In this document: piece by piece, positions 1 through 13,374 of the stretch
How the letters are laid out: each line of letters begins with the position of its first letter
Position numbering within the stretch: position 1 is the first letter of the stretch
Translations under genes and position numbers: made by a program
Notes under the pieces: generated by a model
Told to the model about the DNA's origin: nothing
Seen by the model: the letters and a program-made list of their open reading frames with translations, nothing else
The model's database searches: none
Assembly: GCF_018977255.1 (NCBI RefSeq)
Contig: NW_024704742.1
Location: 28,770,001-28,834,000 of the forward strand
Origin: Callorhinchus milii
Lineage: Eukaryota
DNA: 64,000 bases
Reading direction: 5' to 3'

Positions 1-89
1 ATGAGAACACATTTGTGGAATTCCCGTACACTATCTCAACGGTTTGCAATAATAATAATAATCTTTACATTTGATAATAGTGCCTTAAA

Positions 90-268
90 AAAAATTGGTC
101 GCTTCAATCCACAACTGTTTGTGGGACACTGCTGTGCGCAATTGGCTGCCACATTTCGCCCCAAAATATTCAGACAATTCACTTTACAGTTTATTCTGTG
201 AAGCATTTTGAGATATCTTGAAGACGTGATAAGGCTTGACATCAAATGCAAGGATTATTATTGTTGTT
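90..268 (+). mobile_element. SINE family A, 5'-truncated (Deu-like segment + L2-type tail)
   Basis: CTGTTTGTGGGACACTGCTGTGCGCAATTGGCTGCC block, then tail ending ATCAAATGCAAGGATTATTATT; matches the full copy at 18694-19024. An opposite-strand tail fragment abuts it at about 268-345. Confidence 0.85.
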
Positions 269-2329
269 ATCATGTTGTTGAGACATCTCAAAGCGCTTCA
301 CAGAATATATTGTAAAGTGAATTGATTGTGTATTTTGTGGGCATAAAACGTCACCAGCCGTTTCAAGCTTTTCTGCCTCCCTCCAAACCATCCCAATCCC
401 CCTTTCCGCACGTTCTTCGAATGCATCAGATTTGTAGAAAACCCATGCCTATGCCCTACCACAACTGTGATAAAATGATAAAACAGTTTTACAGGAAACT
501 TCGTAGCATTCGAATATCAAGCTCCAATGTCTAATGAAGAATATAATCTATTTTGTGACAGGAATTCGCCTCAAATGGGACATATTCACTTTTAAGGATT
601 TCAGTCAATCTGTAATGACTTATTATCTGAGAGTTTATAAAGTGATGGCAATCACTCGATTGGTACCAGTGATGAAGCGTTCTTTGGTTGATGGGTTCGA
701 TCAGGCTAAACTTTGGGAAGTAATGATAATAGATTAAGATGTCAGAGCTAATTACAACAGTCTTTTACTTTTCTCACCTCATTGCTCCTCGCTGTGTCCT
801 TCATCCATGTCTCTCACTAGGGGTCTGGTACATGAGAGTGCTTATATTCCTCTGGCTCAGTAATAAAATGATTATTACAGTTTGGTTCTTGGAGGATGGA
901 ATTTACTTTTTAGATCAGACTGGATGCTGAGACGCAATGAATCTTCCTTTCTTTTCACTCCTCCAGGAATGTCCCAGATGTCCTATCCTGTGTTCTAAGA
1001 ATGTCTGACACCTTATAGTTGTCAATAAACAGCCTCAAATGCTCTGGCCCGCCACCCTACATGAGGGATGCTTTATAAATGCAAGTTGTTGTTGTTCCAA
1101 CATGCAAAGCCCAAATTTACCAGCTTTCATCATGCCTCACTTATGGTAACACAAGTGAAGCATTAGGACACATTATAACTTTAGGCCACATCACACTTAG
1201 AAATAGTGCTTCTAAATCATGTTGAAGTATTTACTAATATTAGTATTAGTTTATTTTAATGATGATATTAACTAGAATTTCTACACAACCTCCAAAATAT
1301 AGTCAAAAAGTAAAAGGTGCAGCTTCAACAGGGGCTTCCACTGTAATTTCTCTCACGCTCCCTCCTGTTTGACTCTCGTTTATTACTCCCTTACTCTCCT
1401 AGACCATTCTATTTGCTCTACTCAAAGGGTGTTCAGCAGTGTAGAGCAGTCAAATAACCTGCCAACACTCACATAATGAATCGTGAAGTATCCAAAGATG
1501 TCTGACACCATAAAGTTGCCTGAAGAGAGAAATGTATAATATTCTTTGTGTCTTGGAGCTAAAGAATATCCTGCCAATATACAACCACTAAGGTGACGTA
1601 GTGTAGGGTGTGGAGTACACTCTGAAACAAACTGCTTTCAAACAGGAAGTGACTAAAATTGGCTAAAGAAGTATGAATTATGAGTGGGAGGCAAAATGCA
1701 ACGATTTCACTTGGCTAAAGTAAAAACAGTTGTACAATGTAGAGTGGAAGCAGGGAGGAATCCAGGCAGAGGCCAGGGGAAGGGAGCAAGAGAGCAATGA
1801 CAAAGACCAGGTATTGGAGTCAAGTAAAGGCAAGAAATTGGTAGTTTTAAAAAGTTTAATACAATGATCTACCCCCAAAATACACTCACTGCACTTAATA
1901 GTACATCCTGTGAATGATGATGATTATTATTATTTGGGTTGGAAATTGGAGTGAGTACTCAGCAAGAGAATGATCAGGATGCTCTGCAGGCAGGGTGTGT
2001 TCAGATATTTTATTTTATGATGTTGAATTTGGTATCAGTGATTGTATTAAAACTGTTTGAGGCAACCTGATTTCAGCTTGAGGCAACCTGAAATAAATAT
2101 GTTAAATAAATTTATTTTTACACATATTTTATAAATATAACAATTGATAGAAAGACTATACTTCAACTTACAATTAAAAGTTGAATTATATAAAGTATTT
2201 TGAATAATTACACTGAATATTAATTATTTCCTTATAGCAGTTATGTACTCCTCAAGTGTATTGCAGTTTTATATTAAAAACAACCCAAATAATACCTTGG
2301 TATTTTTTAAAAAACAGCTCCACAATATA

Positions 2330-2427
2330 TAGTTCGGGACATACCATGCGACTGCCAAGATGGTGGATTGTAAACTTGATGGACCTTGGTCTTCTTTCGC
2401 CTAGCAAATGCTTATGTTCTTATGTTC
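2330..2427 (+). mobile_element. CR1 LINE 3'-end fragment
   Basis: Reverse complement (AAGAACATAAG-ATTTGCTAGGCGAAAGAAGACCAAGGTCCAT) matches the 3' terminus of the CR1 at 58992; ends in TTATGTTCTTATGTTCT. Confidence 0.65.
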
Positions 2428-2539
2428 TCCTCCAGAATGTGTGCCAATGAAACTCCTTTTGGGCATACTCTCTGATCTTTAATTTAAATGACCATTTCCT
2501 TTATTTATTTGACAGTGTAAAATCTAACATTTAGCTTTT

Positions 2540-2688
2540 GAAAGGGAATTTGAAAAATATTTGGATACAAAAAATCTAAAAGAGTTCAACGGGGGGAGAA
2601 AGTATGGGAGTGAGTTTAAACAGATAGCAATTATGGAGAGGCAGCACAGGCACAATAGACCAAATGGCTTCCCATGCTGTAAAATTGT
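2540..2688 (+). mobile_element. decayed CR1 3' UTR fragment
   Basis: GGCACAATAGACCAAATGGCTTCCCATGCTGTAAA resembles the CR1 terminal region at 22270-22337. Confidence 0.55.
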
Positions 2689-3046
2689 AATAATAATAAT
2701 CCTTGTATTTAATATAGCACCTTATCATGTAGTTGAGATGCCTCAAGCGCTTCACAGAATATACTGTAAAGTGAATTAACTGTATATTTTGTGGGTGAAA
2801 TTCAGGCACCAAATTGTGCACAGCACAAACAGTCGTGGATTGAGTGATCAAATTATTTTCTTTTGAAGGGATTATTGCCCATGGAAAGCAATTCACCAAT
2901 CGACCAACAATCGGGTTCCTACTTACTGCTAGGTAAAATGGAGTGTGGAGTAAGGAAACTTGCTTCAGATTTCATCATGACCGGGAATCGAGTTGGGTCC
3001 TCTCGCTTGCGAGGCGAGGGAGCTAACCACAATGCTATGGATCTCT
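2688..3046 (-). mobile_element. SINE family A, long variant, near full length
   Basis: Minus strand gives a decayed tRNA-like head, AGTTTCCTTACTCCACAC, the AGCAGTAAGTAGGAACCCG segment, the Deu-like block and a (TTA)n tail. Confidence 0.85.
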
Positions 3047-4599
3047 TGTATGTTTGTGTGATTCTATGAAAGTCATGTTGAACTACTTCAAAGTGACTAA
3101 CTGCAGTGTTGGAGGACACTGGCCTGTGATAAAATGGCACAATCAAGGAAGAGCCATTGCAAAGCACCACTATTCCTGAGGTGAAGTCCAGTCCATGCTT
3201 CCCAGACGGCTTCTGCATTGTGCTATAAACTTTTAAGTAAATTAGACAAGCATTCTGGTGAGCAAAACTAAATGTGTTATTGCTCAAGAGGAAAATGTTA
3301 TTACTGTTACCTCAGGACCCCGTAGAAAGGGTCAGTGTTAACTGACTGTTTAGGTTTGCTAAGAGCCAAATGTTGTGACTCAGAGGATCAATTTACCATA
3401 TTTCAATTAGTCCATCCACATACTAGCAGCATGTGCTCTGTCTTGGCTGGACAGTTAATCCCTTAACAAACAGACAGCTGTGCTCAATCTTGGTCAGTCA
3501 CTCCTGTGTCTAATACGAACCATCCTGTTGTACCCTGACCCAGTCTCTGTTGCCTGTTAAGGATTGTGCTTACTGAATTCCATGCACAGCTTGACCTGAC
3601 CTCAGTTCCCTGTTCCTGCCCTGATCTTAAAATATATATTTTCCTGTAACTTAATGGCCCTCAAATCCTGCAGCTACAAAATTGCATATGAATATATGTA
3701 ACCTCCTTTCTCCTTGACATCTGGTCTTTTTTTGCAAGCCATGAATCAGCAGGAACAAACCGGACAATTTGTGTATGTACCTCTTTCAATGTGCTGTTCT
3801 TGAGCACTCACAGGCACCTACCTCAGGATTATGGGTGACTTCCTCAGCCATTCATCACTGGAAGTAAATCCATCACTTTTCATGATGATAAAAGACAAGC
3901 AAATTCATGCTGACTTTGAAAAAAGCAGGCAAATAATAATCATTAGATTTAATTAGCACTTTCACATCAGGAAGGCATCTCAAAGTGCTTCACAGGATAC
4001 ACTGTAAAGTGTAGTGACTGTGTATTTTGTAGCGAATGTTGGAAATCTGGAATAATCATAGAAAATACAGGATAGACCACAGCAGGTCAAACAACATCTT
4101 AAAGAGTAAGAGAGGTGAGCATTTAAGATATGGTCTCTCTCTGTGTATTTCTGGTATTTTCTACTTTCATATTTTGGACACTAAACTTATTCAGATTTCA
4201 GTAGAAATCTGGCACCAAAGAGGACCCATAGAACCACAGGAATCCACAACACAGCAAGAAGCCATTTGATCCATTACAAAAAAAATTCTCCCGACATCCT
4301 AGTGCAATGTCTCAATGCTTTTTAATAATAGGGACCTGCTCAGTTTCTTTTTAATATGTGTCATGAGTCAAATGTGGCAGACCATTAGTGAAATGCGACT
4401 TGATCTTAAGGAGATCACTCGTGCAGACTAGTCATGAACAAGTCCTCCTCAGACTGGTTGTTGAGTAACACTTTTAAATGCATTTAGACACTTTGATATC
4501 AGGGCAGCAAAATGTAAGGTCACTTAAACTATTGAGAAACTAGAGAAGCAGATAACCGCAATGTAAATTTTTACATTTATATAGCGTCTTTCACATCAG

Positions 4600-5070
4600 G
4601 AGGACATCTCAAAGTCACACCAGTTCTTACCAGACTCCACTGGCTCCCTATCAACGAATGGATTGATTTCAACATCTTCACACTTGTCTATTCCTCCGAC
4701 TTGCTTACTCTCTAACCCACGCTTGACTGGCTCATGCTTGTCCCTTGTGTCCTATGTTCCATCATCGGTGGCTGCCCTTCCTGAAATTCTGGAACACTCT
4801 ACTTCAATCCCTACGCCTTGCTCCCTCCTTCCCAAATTTCAGATCATGCCTGAAGACCTCCCTCTTTAACCATGCTATGGTCATGGGGAAGGGGAGCCAG
4901 TGAAACCAAGCGAAGATGAGGTTGATAGACTCACAGAGCCTTGTTCAGGAGTGGACATGAGCTACAGAATTCTGGATGGTCTAAAGGTTGTGTAGGGAGT
5001 AGCTGGCAAATCTGGCAAGCAGTGCTTTTGAATCATCCAAGCCTGGATTTACTGAAGGTGTGACAGAGAT
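4600..5070. mobile_element. two highly decayed L2 fragments (+ then -)
   Basis: CTCCACTGGCTCCC (LHWL motif) and CTGGAACACTCT on +; AGCTACAGAATTCTGGATG and AATCATCCAAGCCTGGA resemble the antisense of the QNSAA and SRLDY regions. Confidence 0.5.
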
Positions 5071-5493
5071 AAACCAGCTGCTCTGAAAAAATTCATGTAA
5101 ATGCTTCCAATGCTGATTTGTTGCCTCAGGCATCATATGTTTATTAAATATTGATTATTATCTTTGAAACTGTTTTCTTTGGGCTCCGGTCTTGCTGTTG
5201 GAATGCAAGAGCTGCATCATAACATTGGCTGCGGGAGTGTTAAGAAAAATTAAACAAGCATTGCTTTGCTTGCACACATGGTGTTACACTTGGGCCCATG
5301 CCGAGGTTTGGCTGGTGCTTAGAGACTGGTGCATATATTCAGATTTCTATTATTTTGGCAGAAAGCAACATGCTTTGTGTGTATGGCTCATTTCGCTCAG
5401 CAGGGCATGTGTCAAATTTGTTCCTGCCACCAGGTCTGAGCCTTACATTTGATGTGTGAGTCTTGACCATGAGTGTCATCAGGTTATTCGACT

Positions 5494-6355
5494 ACAGCAA
5501 CATCAACAAAATTACATTTATATAGTGCCTTTCACGTCGGGAGGACGTCCCAAGGTGCTGGACAGACAGAATTTCGGACCCGAGCTGGGGGTCAGGATCA
5601 GAGGCGGTGGAGAGCAGGGGGTGAACAACAACAACACAACAACAAGATTACATTTGTATAGCGCCTTTCACATCGAGAGGACATCCCAAGGCACTGAAAG
5701 CAGGGTGAAGCAGGGTGATCAAGGCACGGTTGAAGAGGAGGGTCTTGAGATGGGTCTTGAAGGAGGCAAGGGAGGGGGCGAGGTGGAGGGACTGTGGGAT
5801 GATGTTCCAGAGGGTGGGAGCAGAGTAGCAGAAAGTTGGCCTGCCAATAGTGGGGCGAGCAAGGCGGGGGATGTGAAGCAGGCCAGAGTCCGCTGAGCGG
5901 AGGATGCGAGCAGGATGATAGGGGGTTAGGAGGTTGCAGAGGTAGGGGGGAGCAAGACCATGGAGGACTTTGAAGGTGAGGACCAGGATCTTGAACTGTA
6001 TCCTCTGTGTGATGGGAAGTTAGTGGAGTCGGGCGAGGATGGGGTTGATAGGTCACGGAGCCTGGTGCGGAAGAGAACACGGACTGCAAAGTTCTGGATA
6101 ATCTGCATCTTATGGAGGGAGGAGTTGAGGAGGTCAACAAGCAAGGAGTTTGCATATTCAAGCCTCGATGTAATGAAAGCTTGTATGAGGGTTTGGGCAG
6201 CCTGTGGTGTGAGACAGTGGCGGAGCCTGGCAATGTTGTAGAGGTGGCGGAAGGCAGAGCAGGTCATGGCACAGATGTGGGGTAGAAAGGATAGTTGAGG
6301 GTCAAACAAGACGCCAAGCTTAGTAAGGTGGAATGTGCAACCATGGACTATAGTG
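5494..6355 (-). mobile_element. L2 LINE 3' fragment with two successive 3' tails
   Basis: ORF 5926-6363(-) reads [15 protein letters not shown]...FITSRLEYANSLL...QIIQNFAVRVL (L2 ORF2 C-terminus). Tails with the GGGACGTCCTCCCGACGTG-like stem-loop and (TTG)n at about 5623-5695 and again at about 5494-5560. Confidence 0.9.
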
Positions 6356-6364
6356 AGCAGCACT

Positions 6365-6580
6365 GTTAAACCTGATCCTGCCCTTGTCCAATGTCCACAC
6401 GCACGTATCTTTCAATAAAGCTCTCTTGATAAAGATCAGATAAATAGAAACCTTGACTGATTTTCTACTCCCTAACCCAGGGCACCAAAGCCAATCATAG
6501 TGGACTCAGGTTCTATGCTGACTGAGAACAGTTAACTCAGCCCAGGCTGAGATTTGAACCGGTGACCTTCCTGTTTCATG
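6365..6580 (-). mobile_element. old SINE family B fragment
   Basis: Reverse complement shares GGAAGGTC..GGTTC..ATC.C..C.TG.GCTGAGTTA and GGACA...GCAGGATCAGG with copies at 42530-42790 and 63075-63240. Confidence 0.6.
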
Positions 6581-6789
6581 ACCTAGTATTAGGGATGATC
6601 ATGATAGTTCATAGAGTTCAAAACTGCATTGTTGGCCCAAGCATATGTTGCCCAGCTTACTGCTGGACAGCAATGATCACCGCTTCTGACTCCAGCAGCA
6701 AAGTATATATTTTAAGACCATACAACCAAAATTGAACAATCAAATCTACCTCCCAAGTAAGTTTGATAAATTTACCAACCATAAGAGTA

Positions 6790-6937
6790 TTATAAATTAG
6801 AATTTTATAATAAAATATGATATATATTGTATATTATAATAAAATATGGTATATATTGTATACTAAAATAAAATATGATATATATTACACATATAATAAA
6901 ATATAGTATTACAATATAATACAGTATTATAATAAAA
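6790..6937. repeat. AT-rich low-complexity tract
   Basis: Almost pure A/T with repeated AATAAAATAT(G/A) units. Confidence 0.85.
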
Positions 6938-7144
6938 TCTGCTTTGCCCTGTAGTTTGCACCAGAGTTGTTTTAACAATAAACAAGAGGAAATATCACAG
7001 TGTTGCAAGAAAATATGCTGCTGGTTAGTTTCGGCACATTATCCAAGACAAGCAAAATATTCTAACTATGCCTTGATCATTCGAGAGGCCATGCTTTGAG
7101 CACTCAAATTATAAAAGTACATCAATGATTTGGTGAGAGTTCAA

Positions 7145-7480
7145 AGTAGAGCAAACAAGAATAAAATAGAGCAACCAGGAGGAATATTAAAGGGCTCTAT
7201 GTCAGGAAGAAAGACTTACAAAGTTGAGTTTGTTTTCCTAGGAGAAAAAAAGATTGAGAGGGGTCAAGTCTTTAAAATACTGAGAGCAAATGATAGGCTG
7301 CTTGAAGTGGAAAGTGAACAGCAGGCATGAGAATAAAATTGACAAACCTTAAGTGAAGTTTTTTTCCCTCTCCCAGAAGTGGATTGCGTAAAACAGAACT
7401 CCAGTGTTGCAACTGTGTTGGAAAAGAGCCTGATACATATCTGGATAAAAATGGAGTTAAAGATTATAGAAAAATTGCAT
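7145..7480 (+). mobile_element. decayed CR1 ORF2 C-terminal fragment
   Basis: Translates across frameshifts to ERLTKLSLFS..EKKIERGQVFKILRANDRL, matching the CR1 ERL..LGLFSLEKRRLRGDLIEVFKI motif. Confidence 0.6.
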
Positions 7481-7504
7481 AGTCAAAGATGTTCATAGGT
7501 TTAA

Positions 7505-7700
7505 ATAGAATTCACCAAATTTATGGAAACAGGTCATTCGGCCCAATCAGTCCGTGTGGGGTTTGTACTTCCCATGAGACTTCACCCACTTCTTCCTCAT
7601 TTCTATAGCCCTCTTTTCTTTTATTCCCTTCTCCTTCATGTGTATATCTCTTCAACTACTCCATGAAATACAACTGCTTCTGTACCGCTGAACCATGGCA
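7505..7700 (-). mobile_element. CR1 3' UTR fragment
   Basis: GAAACAGGTCATTCGGCCCAATCAGTCC...TATTCCCTTCTCCTTCATGT is antisense to the CR1 end at 37480-37735. Similar pieces at about 24010-24200 and 63300-63400. Confidence 0.65.
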
Positions 7701-8413
7701 GTGACAACCCATAATAATAATAATAATACTTCCATTTGATATACAGGCTCATCACATTGTTGAAACATCTGAAAGTGCTTCACAGAATATACCAGCAAGT
7801 GATTTAACTGCATATTTTGTGGGCAAAACGCCATATAAGGTACATAGATGGTCTGCAGCTTAAGTTGATTATACTTTTAGATGGGAAACATTATGCAGAA
7901 ATTGCAGATTCCTTATGTAAAAGCCGCTGACATTAAATGTTGAATATAATCTGTGCAAAGATCTGTCATGTAAACCGTGCAAGTTAACCAACTTATTTCA
8001 GAATGAAACCACTCCATTTCACAATTTAATCCAGCCCTGCTAGAAAGGGTTCAGAAATAGAGAAATCTCATTCTACAAACCATGTATTTGATAACCCAAG
8101 TTTGCAGTTCTTAGACAGGAAGCCCTCAAACAGCATGAAGTTACTCTTGCCTGATCTGTAGGTTCTGGGTCGCCAAACAAACATTGTGCAGAAATTTCTC
8201 ACGACTATTATTCCCAAAAGGCATGTGGAAGACTACAGAAAATACAGGAACAGTGTGAAGAGGATTGTCAAGGAGAAGATCTCCTTCAATGGGAAATTGT
8301 GACATGCTGCCAGAGCAATCACCAGCCATACACGTCCTAAGATCAGCAGAGCAGAGGCCAGCAGTGTTGTTTAGGACAGAAACCAGAGAGAGAAAGAGAG
8401 AGGAAAAGGCCAA

Positions 8414-8672
8414 CTTTAGTGAGCCTGAAAATCTTGTAAGACTATTGTTCTCAAAGCAGGACACCAAGGACACATTATTTAGTACACCACATTAATTTTA
8501 AAAAAGGTTTAAGCAGCATTGTTCCGCTCTGTATTTACACATATTTCAGGCTTTAGCAAGCCTGAAAATCCTGTAAGCTTTGAAACCATAACACCAATGA
8601 CTAAAGACTTGGTGCACCACATTAATTAAAAAAAACGTTTTAAGTATCTTTGCTCTGTTCTGAACTTGCACA
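8414..8672 (+). repeat. diverged tandem duplication, period about 137 bp
   Basis: CTTTAG..AGCCTGAAAATC.TGTAAG at 8414 and 8551; CACCACATTAATT in both units. Confidence 0.75.
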
Positions 8673-10204
8673 AAGGCCTATGTTTGCCTACAGAATACAC
8701 AGTCATTGCACTTTAAGATCTGTCCTGTGAAGTGCTTTGAGACATTCTTCCAATGTGAAAGATGTCATATAAAATAGAAAGATAATTGTTATACGATACT
8801 CGTATTGTTCATTTCAGCACTTGTGAAGGGTTTCTTGATGGAGAAATCAGGGCAGGACCAAGACAGGCCTCAAAAATACTGAAAATTCTCTCGAGCACAA
8901 ATCACTTTGCTGTAGAGCAGTAACAGAGAAGCTTTAGTTCACCAGTTCAAAAACCATTTTGGTTTCATAATCTCAAAGACGTCTGTGGAGCGACTCAGTC
9001 AACAAGTCAAGAACTAGTTGAAAACCACCTTGGGTCCAATAAAGGCATTTAAATTCCATAAAGAAAAGCTGGTTGTAAAAAGTTAATATAAACATGCCAA
9101 ATGTTAGAGGCTTAAATCACCTTCAGGTGCACCATGACACATTTTCTCACAACCTATTGTCTTTCGCAAAATTTATCATTGCTCAAAAGGGCATCCTCCT
9201 CAGCCTTAGGACATGTAGAGAGCACACTCTACTACCCTCAAGGGGTGGACTTTTCTGTTTTTCTCTAGTTGAGAATTTTCTCTATTTGCATGAACTAGAC
9301 GGTGAAGTCACTGCCTAATATGCTGCTATGAGTGCCATACCTATTGGGTTAGCCCCTATTTGAAGTAATACATACAATTTACTATTGTGACTAGTTAGGT
9401 AAGAACCGGAAGCCATCTCTTTATAAATATATATATATTATTGTTGCATTACAAATCTAATGCATTGGACATAAACATTTCATAACAAATTTGATGTGAT
9501 AAATATCAGAATTTAGTTGATAATTATCATGTCTGATAATCCCTGCCGCATTGTTGTTTGCTCTGTAGTAGTTTACCCCCAAATTTTGCCTTCCAACATT
9601 TATGGGGGCCAAGCTAAAAATATATATATTTTCCACAAAATATACAATCAATTCCATTTTACAATATATCCTTGTGAGGCGCTTTAAGATGTCTCGACAA
9701 CATAATAAGGCGCTATATCAAATGCAAGGATTTTTCTTAATCAAGAGGCGGCATCCTAATGGCGCTTTACATAACACTGGCTGAGTTAGCTTCTTAACCT
9801 ATTTTTAGATGACTGAATCCACCTTTCTCCATCATTGGCGGCCTGGAGCTAATCAAGCCTCCAGTTTGGGGCTAACGGTCTCCTTAATCCCAATCACAGA
9901 GATCACAGGTTCCTCTCAGGTGTGGTGCCCAGTCAGGTAACCTGCCTGTCTTCACCATCCAGGCTTACACAGAAATATTGGCCATTTATCAAAGAACCAA
10001 AGTGTTAGCTCAATCCATGAATCCATGACTCAATGTGAGCTAAAATAACCACACAACTTGCATTTATATATAGACATAGGATAATATCACCGAGGGCTGA
10101 ACACTGACACTGATCTAGGGAGAGGGAGAATGAGGAGGTGACCATGGGGATGATTGAAGAAGCAAGTTTTCAAGTGAGATTTAAATATAGATAAAGAAAG
10201 GATG

Positions 10205-10530
10205 CATAATGCTAAAACATCTCAGAGTGCTTTTTAATAAACTACTGTAAAGTGTAATCATTGTATTTGTAATTGAATGTGGCAGCCAATTTGCACAGAG
10301 CAATGCCCCACAAACGGCCAAGAGGTGAATAACCAATTTATCTGGAAGAATTGTTGGCCAGGACATTGGGAGATACTCCCTTCTCTTTTCAAATAGTGTC
10401 AATGATTGTTTAATGTCCACATCAACAGACATACAAGGCCTCAGTTTTATTTCTGATCAGAAAGTCAGCACGTCTTACGGTCCAGCATGTCCCCCAGTAT
10501 TGCACTGGCATACTGGCCATGACCGTGAGC
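10205..10530 (-). mobile_element. old Deu-type SINE (AmnSINE1/SacSINE1-like)
   Basis: GGCAGCCAATTTGCACAGAGCAATGCCCCACAAAC...TTTAATGTCCAC...CCCCAGTATTGCACTGG is the antisense Deu domain. Confidence 0.75.
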
Positions 10531-11695
10531 TTTTAAAGTAACCAGTTAGGGAAGATTAAATAGGGGAAGAAAATTGAACAGTGAAAAGTGAAATCTCCAT
10601 TCTGGATAACAGTAGCAGGATGTGAAGTGGCTCTAAAGCTTTCCTATCCTTTCTGTTTTATCTAAGATCTGCAACATGTGATATACCGCTTTTATTAGAG
10701 GTTCTCATCTCATCTAATGTACTGTAATCCACATGTACATGTTATGGACTGACTGATGCCTGACTGCCTATCTAATCCAACCAAATTACTTGCATAACAC
10801 TTCTGCCTGCTGTTACTTGAAGGGACACTGAGCAACACAGCAGAACATTTGTTGTTCTGACATTTTGCATTTCATGAATATACTTCACTCTGAGACTAAA
10901 ATGCCTCGTGCATTTCCTGTTCTTTAGAGCAAAGATAATGCTGCGTGCTGTGACCTTCGGGAATTCCTCCTCCTGTTTATGCAGCTTCTGCTATAGAAGT
11001 GATTTCATTGGGGATATGATACTGCTACCCCCATTGTGTTGTAGACTTGCTTCAATACAAACTTGCTCTGTATTGCTGCAACCTCTGACACTGTGGGCAC
11101 AGTACTTTTTACACCGTGGAATGGATTCCGCAGCATCAACGTAGTACGTACAGTTATACAACTGCAAATGTGTAGATTCGAGCATGCAGTTATTTCAAAG
11201 GTGCGAATGATGACTTCAGTTTTCCAGCTGCAGGCCTTTCCAATATGCTAGAGGAGGGTCTGTACAACCCCTCAAGGTGACACAATCCCTTTGCCTTACA
11301 GGCAGAACATGGGAATGGGCTGCAGCACTCACCTACCAAGTACACATTCACTACACTTTACAGTAAATCCTACGAGATGCTTTGAGATGTCCTCCCAACT
11401 TTAAAGGCGCTTTACCAAATATTCTGAGCATCAGATCAAATGGGTCAAGAGCCTGCGTTACCTGAACCTCTCTTGTGAACTTATGATCTGCTAAAGTGAT
11501 TGAACAGCTACATCATTCAAACTTCGAACCTACCACTGACTAAAGTACAAACCAATTGGAACTCAGCTTAAGTTGCATTAAAAATTCAAAGGTGATCAAC
11601 ACCCAACATTATGATCAACTAAACTGGGTGATTTATTCTATTTTGCACTTAATTGTGACATTAATTACCTCTTGGTGACTTTAGCTGTAACCATC

Positions 11696-12146
11696 AATAA
11701 TAATAATAATCCTTACATTTAATAATGAGCCTTTCATGTCAAGAGAAAGTCTCGAAGAGCTTCAAAGCATACACTGCAATGTGCAGTGACTGTATGTTTT
11801 GCGGGTGAATCGGGCAGATAATATGCACCCAACAATTTCTCACAAACAGCCATGGAGTGAGTGAACAATTTTATCTGGGAGATTGGGGGCCAGGACAACA
11901 GGTGAAACTCCCTTCTCTTTTCCAATAATGCCATAGAATTTTTAATGTCCACCTCAACAGGCAAGCAGGATTTAATGTCTCATCTGAAGGATGAAACCTC
12001 CAACAATGCAATGCTGACATTGGCACTGCATGGGAGTGTCAGAGCACAGACCATGAGTACAAAGTCCTGACGTAGGGCTTGAACACTTAATCTTCTGACG
12101 TTCTGACTCAGAGCTAAGAGTGCTTCCAACTGAGCTTGGTTGACAC
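11696..12146 (-). mobile_element. old Deu-type SINE, full length (tRNA head, Deu domain, L2-type tail)
   Basis: Minus strand starts GTGTCAACCAAGCTCAGTTGGAAGCACTCTT (A box), has GTTCAAGCCC (B box) and GCTCTGACACTCCCATGCAGT, a full Deu body, and ends in AAATGTAAGGATTATTATTATT. Confidence 0.8.
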
Positions 12147-13374
12147 ACAACTTCTAGGTAGTATTCTAAAATAGATGCTGGTGGTAATTGTGTCAGCTGC
12201 CAAACAAATAGGTAAGAAAATGTCTCCGCTTGCTGTTAAATCCCCTGAGATGGTGTGGATGTTGTGTCAGTTTCGGGGAATGGATGTTACACATGGGGAT
12301 TACAATACAATGAAACAGAAAGCAAGAATCTTAAGAGACATTAATGCAATGCAGCACAGTAAAACAGTCTGATTGTTTCAGAGGAATTCCTAACTATTGT
12401 GACAGTTACGCTTCATTTATTCTGAACATCCTTTCACGTCCAGTCCCTTGAAGGCACCAACTTTCTTTCTGTTTACCTAAGCGACTGGCCAACTCCATCC
12501 TTAAGGCAGTTGTCACAATTGCTTTTAAATGTTTAAAAGAAGGAGTAAGATGTCTGCCACGCTATTGTGTGACTGCTGCAGAGAATGCTGTTTCAGAAAT
12601 AGTACTAAGCAGAAACAAATGGCTCAGTACACCACAAAAAATGTGAGTTACTGAGCTGAAAAAAAACATATTTAGTAACGAATGGAGCCCAAGCAATCCT
12701 AACCATGTGCACGTACAGCTTTACTGTAGTTAGGATAATTAAGACCAGCTGTTATCCCTTTATTTCTGGATTTGGTCCAACTCACCCCTAGCAGACACGA
12801 ATACTAGGAACCTGAATTCTAAAAGGGGATGTTTGTGTACGTAGCTTGCATTGCCAGCCATTTCTCCACACACTAACCCCAGGGACTGCCCGTGAATCAG
12901 GCTGCTTGCTGGAGAAATGGCCTCACTGACAGCAAGCCAGCTAGAGCGAGCCAGAGCAGGAAAGAACTGATCGTAAGGTCACTCGTTCCCTTAACCGTTC
13001 GAATGCAAGATGTCTTTTGTTTCACATATTTATCCCCCAAATCCAAATCCATCATCGCTTCAGCTGTGCTGCTGTCGAGGGAGCCAGCAGTTTGCTAGTA
13101 ACTGAAGATGGCTGAGAAAAAGGCAAGTTGGATGTTTATTTTACAAGCGAGCCACATGTCAAAAATTACCCTCCACCCTCTTTGAACTCGGTCTCATATG
13201 AATCACACTGCTCTCAGATTTTCCACTAGCATCTGAGATGTCGTGGATGGTCTACCTTCAGGCTCTGCCACAGATTCACGAATGCCATCACAGTACATGA
13301 ATCACACTTGCAAGAAGAGTTTCTGTCTTGTAAGTTCTAAAACCGTACCCGAAAAAAAACTTTCAATAGGCTCA

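Noticed and set aside
2340..2402. Minus-strand exon with GTATGT donor
   Set aside because: The sequence matches the CR1 3' terminus at 58992.
8160..8301. Peptide DYRKYRNSVKRIVKEK resembling a LINE ORF2 linker
   Set aside because: Too short, with no flanking LINE motifs to confirm it.
12857..12921. 12-bp inverted repeat GCCATTTCTCCA/TGGAGAAATGGC as a pre-miRNA
   Set aside because: Stem too short, loop about 40 nt, no known miRNA recognised.
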